Position numbers and translations under genes: made by a program. The notes beneath the pieces were generated by a model, which did no database searches, was not told the origin of the DNA, and saw only the letters and a program-made list of their open reading frames with translations. Shown here piece by piece: positions 41,938 through 51,209 of a stretch of 64,000 nucleotides of DNA (positions are counted from its first letter, which is position 1; each line of letters opens with the position of its first letter). The DNA comes from Pseudomonadales bacterium (GTDB lineage Bacteria; Pseudomonadota; Gammaproteobacteria; Pseudomonadales; Oceanobacteraceae), in the NCBI GenBank assembly GCA_965197005.1, contig OZ239982.1, positions 1,456,322 through 1,520,321 on the forward strand. The letters are read 5' to 3'.

Positions 41938-41955
41938 CTAAGATCCTTATGCAAA

Positions 41956-41974
41956 GGGCGGTAACTTACCGCCC
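41956..41974 (-). promoter_or_regulatory. Intercistronic GC-rich stem-loop between the binding-protein and permease genes
   Basis: GGGCGGT-AACTT-ACCGCCC hairpin, followed on the minus strand by TTTGCAT. This position is typical of mRNA-stabilising or attenuating hairpins in ABC operons. Confidence 0.4.
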
Positions 41975-41989
41975 CAAAAAAAGAAACGC

Positions 41990-43561
41990 TTATTTTGACA
42001 TCCATCTGGTTCTATGGATATCTTCTGCATTTGTTTTCCAGCCTTTTATTTTTTTGCTGACTAAGTTTTTAGAGACATAGTAATAAATAGGTATAATCGC
42101 ATAGTCATCTAAGGCGAGTTGTTCTGCTTGTTGCATTATTTTTGCACGTTCTTTTAGGTCGACTGTTTTGGCGGCCTTATCCATTAAAGCATTATATTCT
42201 TTGTTGCTCCAAGCACCATAGTTGAGCTTGTTTGGGTATTCAAGCAGCATCAAGAAGTTTTGTGCATCTGCATAGTCTGCTATCCAACCTGCACGTGCTA
42301 CGTCAAACTTTCCTTCTTCTATATCATTGTAATGAACTGCAGTTTCAGAGTTAAAAAGTTTGGTTTTAACACCAATTTGTTTCCACATAGCAGAGATGGC
42401 AACAGCAACTTTTTTGTGGTTTTCGCTGGTGTTGTAACGAATCTCTAGTTCTAGGGGTTTATCTTTTGAGTAACCGACTTCTTCAATTAGTTGTTTTGCT
42501 TTTTTAATTCTGTCTTTCATGGGCATGGATTTAAATTTAAGCTCTGCATATTTATAGCCTTCTAATTTTGGAACAAAACTATAAGCGGCAATTTCACCCG
42601 TTGTTAAAACCTTATCAACTAAAACTTCGCGATTAATGGCTAAATTTAGTGCTTCTCTAACACGCTTATCTTGGAATACTTTTTTTCTTGAATTTATCGG
42701 GTAGTAGTAAATTCCCATGTATGGAGAGGTCTTTGTCTCATCAGGCATATTGGTTTTTAGCCATTTAAATTGTTCGGTTGGAAAGTCGCTATTCATATCC
42801 AACTCCCCTGCACGAAAACGCTTAAGAGCGGCTGATCTATCCTCGGTTGGATAGTAGTAAACCTCATCTACATGCACCTCTTTTGCAGCAAAAAATTTAG
42901 GATTTTTAATTGCTTTTACGTAGGTTTGAGGCTTCCACTCGCTTAGGACAAAAGGTCCATTTGATACCATATGCTCAGGTTTTGCCCAGTCTTTTTCATG
43001 TTTTTGGACAACGTGTTTTGGTATTGGATAAGCAGTATAGTGCTTGAGTTGAGATAAAAAATAAGGTGTTGGTGCTTCTAGGGTTATTTGTAGTGTCTGT
43101 GGGTTTATAGCCTTAACACCAAGATGTTCCATACCTTTTAATTTGCCAGTGTTTAGGGCTTCTGCATTTTTGATAGGATAGAGAATATTGGCGTATTTTG
43201 CCGCCATTTTGGGGTTTAGAATTCTTCTGTAGGCGTAAACAAAATCCTCGCTTGTTACAGGTTTTCCGTCAGACCAAAGGGCATCTTTGCGTAGCTTGAA
43301 GCGGTATACTGTTCCATCTTGGCTAATTGTCCAGCTTGAGGCCACGCCTGCAATGGTGCCGCCATCTGCGGTATATTGCAAAAGACCTGTAAATAAATCA
43401 CCAACGATGGCATTTTCCCAAATTCCCGATACCTTATGAGGGTCCAAACTAGCAGGCTCTCCTCCTTCTCCTCTATGAATGACCGTTTTTGCTGAAGCAA
43501 AGGTACTTAGCATAAGGCTAGATATCAGTGCGATAAGTGATAATTTTAAAATAAATTTCAT
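41990..43561 (-). CDS. Family-5 periplasmic substrate-binding protein (peptide/nickel type)
   Basis: 523 aa with a signal peptide (LSTFASAKT) and DppA/OppA-like sequence throughout. AGGAG lies 5 nt upstream of the ATG. Confidence 0.85.
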   Translation of the reverse strand: MKFILKLSLIALISSLMLSTFASAKTVIHRGEGGEPASLDPHKVSGIWENAIVGDLFTGLLQYTADGGTIAGVASSWTISQDGTVYRFKLRKDALWSDGKPVTSEDFVYAYRRILNPKMAAKYANILYPIKNAEALNTGKLKGMEHLGVKAINPQTLQITLEAPTPYFLSQLKHYTAYPIPKHVVQKHEKDWAKPEHMVSNGPFVLSEWKPQTYVKAIKNPKFFAAKEVHVDEVYYYPTEDRSAALKRFRAGELDMNSDFPTEQFKWLKTNMPDETKTSPYMGIYYYPINSRKKVFQDKRVREALNLAINREVLVDKVLTTGEIAAYSFVPKLEGYKYAELKFKSMPMKDRIKKAKQLIEEVGYSKDKPLELEIRYNTSENHKKVAVAISAMWKQIGVKTKLFNSETAVHYNDIEEGKFDVARAGWIADYADAQNFLMLLEYPNKLNYGAWSNKEYNALMDKAAKTVDLKERAKIMQQAEQLALDDYAIIPIYYYVSKNLVSKKIKGWKTNAEDIHRTRWMSK

Positions 43562-44297
43562 ATAACTCTCCTGCTTGTATGTTTTTATTGATTATTTGTT
43601 TTTTTATATTTATTTAGTTCTATTTTATTCGTTAGGTTTGATTTTTACGTGCTATTTTCACGAACTAAATTTCTTGCAACATAACACTAAAAAAGCGTGG
43701 TAGCAAAATTATCAAACATTAAAAGTTTATTTATTTGCCTAGACTGACTTTTTTAGAGCATAGCGATAAAAGATATAATTATTTGCAAAATGTTATAAAA
43801 TATCATTCTTTGGGTAAATTCCTCAGCCTAAAGAATCAGACAAACCGATCTTAGAACGGCCATATAAATTGACGATTCAGTTTTTATATAATTTAAATAA
43901 AATCAAATAGGTTAGCCTTTGAATTTATTTATACAGGATATGGGCATGGTTGAGTTGAATATCAATTTTTTTTGCTATGCAATAAGATGTCAATTATAAA
44001 TAATGAGGTAATTATAGGAAAATGAATCATATAAAAGCGTCATTTTTCACAAACGATGATAAAGATGGTCTTTTACCCTTCTTGAGTAAGAGATTACTAA
44101 GCGATGAAGTAGATGAATAAAGCAAAATAAAAAGCGCTCAAAATTCTGTGTCAGCTTAGAATTTAATTATAGAAACCGTTCAAAGTTCAGTCTTCTGAGC
44201 CCGTAAGCCTGTCATTATGGTATAGACTTATTCAATATTTTTTTATGCTGTTTCAATGTACTAGTACATTGGTGTTTTTTTTGTGGAATAATGTGGC

Positions 44298-44660
44298 TGC
44301 TGGACTGAGGACTGAGGACTGAGGACAGAGGACAGAACCATGCTCCGCATGGTGCTGGGCAGGGGGCAGGGGTCAGAGGTCAGGGGGCAGGGGTCAGAGG
44401 TCAGGGTTCAGGGTTCAGGGTTCAGGGTTCAGGGTTCAGGGTTCAGGGTTCAGGGTTCAGGGTTCAGGTTTCAGTCCTCAGTCCTCAGTCCTCAGTCCTC
44501 AGTCCTCAGTCCTCAGTCCTCAGTCCTCAGTCCTCAGTCCTCAGTCCTCAGTCCTCAGTCCTCAGTCCTCAGTCCTCAGTCCTCAGTCCTCAGTCCTCAG
44601 TCCTCAGTCCTCAGTCCTCAGTCCTCAGTCCTCAGTCCTCAGTCCTCAGTCCTCAGTCCT
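44298..44660 (+). repeat. Composite heptanucleotide repeat block
   Basis: Read in order: CTGAGGA x3 and CAGAGGA x1 (44305..44332). Hairpin ACCATGC-TCC-GCATGGT (44337..44353). (CAGGGGG CAGGGGT CAGAGGT) x2 (44360..44401). CAGGGTT x9 (44402..44464). CAGGTTT x1. CAGTCCT x27 (44472..44660), which is the inverse complement of the CTGAGGA units. Confidence 0.95.
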
Positions 44661-44663
44661 CTG

Positions 44664-44700
44664 AAAAAGCAAAAAAAACCCAGTACGATGACTGGGTTTT
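44664..44700 (-). terminator. Intrinsic terminator of the rRNA operon
   Basis: 10-bp stem AAAACCCAGT / ACTGGGTTTT with loop ACGATG, followed on the minus strand by TTTTGCTTTTT. Lies 12 nt downstream of 5S. Confidence 0.8.
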
Positions 44701-44711
44701 TGGGTTTAAGA

Positions 44712-44828
44712 GCTTGACGATGACCTACTCTCACATGGGGAAACCCCACACTACCATCGGCGATACAACGTTTCACTTCTGAGTTCGGCATGGGGTCAGG
44801 TGGTTCCGTTGCTCTATGGTCGTCAAGC
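44712..44828 (-). rRNA. rrf: 5S rRNA
   Basis: The reverse complement aligns with E. coli 5S as I remember it (CCCCATGCCGAACTCAGAAGTGAAACG...GATGGTAGTGTGGGG). The terminal helix GCTTGACGA/TCGTCAAGC closes it. Confidence 0.9.
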
Positions 44829-45234
44829 AAACTGGTTTTTATACTTTGTTTTAATGCTCTTTTTGCTGCTTTTTAAAAATGAACAGAGTATAAAAATAAG
44901 GTTGGACACATGGGTTTATATTGAGATTCTCTTTGTTTTTTCTGCTTTCTGCTTTCTGCTTAAAAACCTTAGCGAACCGTCGATTGCGGTTGTTGTTTGT
45001 CTATAACTTTGTTTTCTTCAAAGTATTGATTGTTGACTTGTTTTACCCTTTTTCATCTTTCATCTTTCTTTATTGATGATAGCTGAAGTTTGGGGTTATA
45101 TGATCAAGCCTCACGGGCAATTAGTATCAGTTAGCTCAACGCCTCACAACGCTTACACACCTGACCTATCAACCAGTTAGTCTTACTGGGCCCTACAGGA
45201 CTCTCTAGGAGTCAGTGAGATCTCATCTTGAAGG

Positions 45235-45268
<34 letters not shown>

Positions 45269-45327
45269 TGTCCGAACGTAGCTACCCGGCAATGCGTCTG
45301 GCGACACAACCGGAACACCAGTGGTTC

Positions 45328-45359
<32 letters not shown>

Positions 45360-45436
45360 TCTTCTCAAATCTCATACGCCCACGGCAGATAGGGACCGAA
45401 CTGTCTCACGACGTTCTAAACCCAGCTCGCGTACCA

Positions 45437-45469
<33 letters not shown>

Positions 45470-45471
45470 GG

Positions 45472-45514
<43 letters not shown>

Positions 45515-45543
45515 ACCGCCGTCGATGTGAACTCTTGGGCGGT

Positions 45544-45599
<56 letters not shown>

Positions 45600-45600
45600 A

Positions 45601-45642
<42 letters not shown>

Positions 45643-45720
45643 ATGTACGTCTCGCAGTTAAGCTGGCTTGTGCCATTACACTAACCGTATGATGTCCGAC
45701 CATACTTAGCCAACCTTCGT

Positions 45721-45763
<43 letters not shown>

Positions 45764-46025
45764 ACCCACCACACAGTGTCCTCGATCTGGTTTACAGATC
45801 TGAGTTAGAACCCCAAATCAATCAGGCTGGTATTTCAAGGACGACTCCACGCAAACTGGCGTCTGCGCTTCTATGTCTCCCAGCTATCCTACACAAATTA
45901 ATTCAAAGTTCACTGTGAAGCTGTAGTAAAGGTTCACGGGGTCTTTCCGTCTAGCCGCGGGAATGCTGCATCTTAACAGCAATTTCAATTTCACTGAGTC
46001 TTAGGTGGAGACAGTGTGGCCATCG

Positions 46026-46107
<82 letters not shown>

Positions 46108-46129
46108 TTGGGCTTCGATCAAGAGCTTC

Positions 46130-46728
46130 CCCAGCACCTAAATTTTCTGTTTCTCTAATGCCTTGCTTTCAATTAAATTTGTCTGTTATCCAACCTCTTT
46201 ATTCCTCTTCTGGAATTTAGGGGCTGGGCAAGCCCAGACTTTCTTTAATTATTTGCATCATCTTAATGCCTTGCTTTCAATTAAATTTGTCTGTTATCCA
46301 ACCTCTTTATTCCTCTTCTGGAATTTAGGGGCTGGGCAAGCCCAGACTTTCTTTAATTATTTGCATCATCTTAATGCCTTGCTTTCAATTAAATTTGTCT
46401 GTTATCCAACCTCTTTATTCCTCTTCTGGAATTTAGGGGCTGGGCAAGCCCAGACTTTCTTTAATTATTTGCATTAGTACTTGTTTTGTTTTCTTTGTTG
46501 TTTGAGTCTTTGTTATTTAGTTCTTTTAGCTAAATTCCATTTCTGAAATGCAGTTTCTAAATAAACTCTTAGCTTTTAGCTTTTAATAAAAAGATAAACT
46601 CTATCTAATTATAAGTGCTAAATGGCTTGCCCAGCCCCTAAATTCCATTTCTGAAATGCAGTTTCTGAACTTCCACTTAATTCAAACAAAAAGAAAATAC
46701 TTACAAGTAAAAAAATTTAGGTGCTGGG
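46130..46728 (-). other. 599-nt non-coding insertion at the apex of 23S helix 68 (IVS or expansion segment)
   Basis: E. coli reads GGGGTTA-GC-GCAA-GC-GAAGCTCTTGATCG here. This gene reads GGGGTTA-[599 nt]-GAAGCTCTTGATCG. The block is closed by a perfect 16-bp stem, 46130..46145 (CCCAGCACCTAAATTT) with 46713..46728 (AAATTTAGGTGCTGGG). Confidence 0.8.
46156..46475. repeat. Three perfect tandem copies of a 108-bp unit inside the helix-68 insertion
   Basis: TAATGCC anchors at 46156, 46264 and 46372. Copies are identical by eye, and the third is truncated at about 46475. Each copy contains CTGGG-CAAG-CCCAG, which is a CUUG tetraloop hairpin in rRNA sense. Confidence 0.9.
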
Positions 46729-47410
46729 TAACCCCATCAATTAACCTTCAAGCACCGGGCAGGCGTCACACCCTATACGTCCACTTTCGTGTTTGCAGAG
46801 TGCTGTGTTTTTAATAAACAGTCGCAGCCACCTGGTATCTTCGACTGGTCTCAGCTTACGCAGCAAGTGCTTCACCAAAACCAGCGCACCTTCTCCCGAA
46901 GTTACGGTGCCATTTTGCCTAGTTCCTTCACCTAAGTTCTCTCAAGCGCCTTGGTATTCTCTACCTACCCACCTGTGTCGGTTTTGGGTACGGTCTCTTT
47001 GTATCTGATGCTTAGAGGATTTTCCTGGAAGCATGGCATCAACCACTTCGGACACCGTAGTGTCACCGTCATCAGTTCTCGGCCTTGTGATTCCGGATTT
47101 GCCTAAAATCACAGCCTACTACCTTAAACACGGACTACCATCGCCGTGCTGGCCTAGCCTTCTCCGTCTCCCCATCGCAATACAAAAAGGTGCAGGAATA
47201 TTAACCTGCTTCCCATCGACTACGCTTCTCAGCCTCGTCTTAGGGACCGACTCACCCTGCCCCGATTAACGTTGGACAGGAACCCTTGGGTTTCCGGCGA
47301 GGGGGTTTTTCACCCCCTTTATCGTTACTCATGTCAGCATTCGCACTTCTGATACCTCCAGCCTGCTTCTCAGCTTGACCTTCAACGGCTTACAGAACGC
47401 TCCTCTACCG

Positions 47411-47878
47411 TTCAGAAGACTGAAGACAGTAGACTGATGACTGATTGCTTAACCCCAACTCTTGTGCAAGCCCGTTAACATTTTTGCTATGTCTTGGTAT
47501 GTCTTACGCCAAGACTGCCATGTCTCGTTGCTAATGTAGCCAAGATCCAAACTGTATCTTGTCCACACTCGCATCTCATCGGCTGAACCTATCGCCATAC
47601 TTAAGTAGCGTTTAAATTCAGCTTTGGATATGCGTTGCTTGCCATAGCCTTCCGCTATGTTTGCACAAATGCCTTTACTGGCTCTACGCATTTGATCTGC
47701 TAACCCATTGAGTTGTTCGTTCTTAGGAAATCTTAAGCTTGTTGTATGTACTTCTAAAGAAATCGCATACGCTTTCTTAAACACTTCTAAGTCTTCAAAA
47801 CTTTTTATTGAGTTAACTGGATTTTGCGTCCGTTGGTGTTTCATCTGTCTTCTGTCCTCTGTCTTCAGTCCTCTGAAC
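47411..47878 (-). other. 468-nt intervening sequence in 23S helix 45, carrying an ORF
   Basis: It replaces the E. coli helix-45 cap (CAACAACGCATAAGCGTCGCTG) between CTCTACCG and CCGTAGCTTCGGTG. The flanks TTCAGAAGACTGAAGACAG... and ...CTGTCTTCAGTCCTCTGAA form a 19-bp stem, in which the single mismatch becomes a G.U pair in rRNA sense. Confidence 0.85.
47449..47844 (-). CDS. Four-helix-bundle protein of the 23S rRNA intervening-sequence protein family (the misnamed S23 ribosomal protein family)
   Basis: 131 aa, same sense as the rRNA and lying entirely inside the helix-45 IVS. The sequence (FEDLEVFKKAYAISLEVH...ANIAEGYGKQ...KAEFKRYLSMAIGSADEMRVW) fits the family as I remember it. Confidence 0.85.
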   Translation of the reverse strand: MKHQRTQNPVNSIKSFEDLEVFKKAYAISLEVHTTSLRFPKNEQLNGLADQMRRASKGICANIAEGYGKQRISKAEFKRYLSMAIGSADEMRVWTRYSLDLGYISNETWQSWRKTYQDIAKMLTGLHKSWG

Positions 47879-48488
47879 CCGTAGCTTCGGTGTACAGTTT
47901 TAGCCCCGTTATATCTTCCGCGCAGGCCGACTCGACTAGTGAGCTATTACGCTTTCTTTAAAGGATGGCTGCTTCTAAGCCAACCTCCTAGCTGTCTGTG
48001 CCTTCCCACATCGTTTCCCACTTAACTGTAACTTTGGGACCTTAGCTGACGGTCTGGGTTGTTTCCCTTTCCACGACGGACGTTAGCACCCGCCGTGTGT
48101 CTCCCGGATAGTACTCTGTGGTATTCGGAGTTTGCAAAGGGTTGGTAAGTCGGGATGACCCCCTAGCCTTAACAGTGCTCTACCCCCACAGGTATTCGTC
48201 CGAGGCGCTACCTAAATAGCTTTCGAGGAGAACCAGCTATCTCCGGGCTTGATTAGCCTTTCACTCCTATCCACAAGTCATCCCCTCATTTTTCAACATA
48301 AGTGGGTTCGGTCCTCCAGTTGATGTTACTCAACCTTCAACCTGCTCATGGATAGATCGCCCGGTTTCGGGTCTAATGCTAGCGACTATTCGCGCAGTTA
48401 ACACTCGGTTTCCCTACGGCTCCGCTATTCGCTTAACCTTGCCACTAACATTAAGTCGCTGACCCATTATACAAAAGGTACGCCATCA

Positions 48489-48554
48489 CCCCGCCACCAA
48501 ATGTCTTTTGTCATTTGTGTCGTTATCAAATGCAACAAACATTTGGTGGCGGGG
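48489..48554 (-). other. Enlarged 23S helix 25 (66-nt hairpin against about 14 nt in E. coli)
   Basis: Perfect 16-bp stem CCCCGCCACCAAATGT / ACATTTGGTGGCGGGG plus an inner stem CATTTG/CAAATG. It replaces E. coli ACGCCTAAGCGTGC between GGTACGC..TCAC and CTGCTTGTACGTACACGG. Confidence 0.8.
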
Positions 48555-49201
48555 CTCTGACTGCTTGTACGTACACGGTTTCAGGGTCTATTTCACTCCC
48601 CTCACAGGGGTTCTTTTCGCCTTTCCCTCACGGTACTGGTTCACTATCGGTCATCTGGGAGTATTTAGCCTTGGAGGATGGTCCCCCCATATTCAGTCAG
48701 GATTTCTCGTGTCCCGACCTACTCGTCTTCATTGTATTATTCCTTTCGTGTACAAGACTTTCACTTTCTGCGGTTGCCCTTTCCAGAACATTCCACTAAA
48801 AATAATACAACTTAAGGGCTGCTCCCCGTTCGCTCGCCGCTACTTGGGGAATCTCGATTGATTTCTTTTCCTCGGGGTACTTAGATGTTTCAGTTCTCCC
48901 GGTTCGCCTCAATAACCTATGTATTCAGTTATTGATAACAGCTTATGCTGTTGGGTTTCCCCATTCAGATATCTTCGGATCAAAGGTTGTTTGCCACCTC
49001 CCCGAAACTTTTCGCAGGCTACCACGTCTTTCATCGCCTCCAGATGCCAAGGCATCCACCGTGCACGCTTAATTGCTTGATCATATAACCCTAAACTTCC
49101 TCATCTACCACAAGTAAAGTAGATGAAAATTAACAGCTCAGGATAACCAAACAATCGCCGGTTCGCTTGAGAATCTCATTTTATATTCTCATGTGTCCAA
49201 A

Positions 49202-49213
49202 TTTTTAAAGAAC
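49202..49213 (-). promoter_or_regulatory. boxA-like antitermination motif in the 16S-23S spacer
   Basis: The minus strand reads GTTCTTTAAAAA, compared with E. coli rrn boxA GCTCTTTAACAA. The identical 12-mer recurs in the leader at 51024..51035. Confidence 0.5.
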
Positions 49214-49307
49214 TATAAAAATAAGACTTAATTAAAATTAAACCTTATCCTTACTTCTAACAATAGATATTCGTGTGAGCACTTACATGCAATGTGCAAA
49301 CTTCGTT

Positions 49308-50856
<1,549 letters not shown>

Positions 50857-51023
50857 GCTGATTTATCTTTCAATAATCCAGCTAATCATTTGCTCCAGAA
50901 AAACTCTTTTGACGAGTATCTTTCTGTCGCTTTGTACATCAATTAACTTATTGCCAATTAACGTACTTTTTGCTTGTGTTTTACAACACTACAGAAAGTA
51001 CCCACACGAATATCTTTGTTAAT

Positions 51024-51035
51024 TTTTTAAAGAAC
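51024..51035 (-). promoter_or_regulatory. boxA-like antitermination motif in the rrn leader
   Basis: Same 12-mer, GTTCTTTAAAAA, as in the spacer. Lies about 65 nt downstream of the predicted promoter. Confidence 0.5.
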
Positions 51036-51098
51036 TCTAACTTAAAACAGGGCATTTTTTTACTTTGCAAATGCCTGTCTGCGTTAGCGAGGTGGCGT

Positions 51099-51126
51099 AT
51101 TCTAATGACTTTAAAACTTTCGTCAA
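51099..51126 (-). promoter_or_regulatory. rRNA operon promoter (sigma70 type)
   Basis: The minus strand reads TTGACG, 16 nt, TAGAAT, followed by a GC-rich discriminator (ACGCCACCTCGC) and preceded by an A-rich UP-like tract. Confidence 0.55.
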
Positions 51127-51209
51127 CTACTTTTTTAGTTTTATTTCATTTTCTTTGTAACGCTTTGTTTAAAACCTCATAAAACCGAGGTTTTATAGGA
51201 TTATTAAAG

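Noticed and set aside
44340-44717. 125-aa ORF with (SVLSPQS)n and (GSGFRVQ)n repeats
   Set aside because: It is simply the translation of the heptamer arrays: 7 nt x 3 frames gives a 7-aa periodicity. Its ATG lies inside the ACCATGC hairpin motif, it has no RBS, and it runs into the rrn terminator and 5S gene.
46156-46475. CRISPR array
   Set aside because: The 108-bp units are directly adjacent with no spacers. The heptamer arrays are likewise spacer-less, and there are no cas genes in the window.
46163-46477. 104-aa ORF with a 36-aa repeat inside the 23S helix-68 insertion
   Set aside because: It is open only because the 108-bp repeat is a multiple of 3. It is antisense to the rRNA, has a TTG start and no RBS, and the peptide is hydrophobic and low-information. 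It cannot be excluded entirely, but it is most likely an artefact.
46130-46728. Group I or group II intron in the 23S gene
   Set aside because: The block sits at a hairpin apex closed by a perfect extended stem, which is IVS/expansion geometry, rather than within a conserved single-stranded core site. It has no homing-endonuclease or reverse-transcriptase ORF, and I could not recognise intron core elements. A covariance-model scan (Rfam Intron_gpI / group-II) would settle the question.
49091-49307. tRNA-Ile/Ala or tRNA-Glu in the 16S-23S spacer
   Set aside because: The spacer is only about 217 nt and AT-rich. No acceptor/TPsiC pattern (GGTTCGAnTCC-type) is present.
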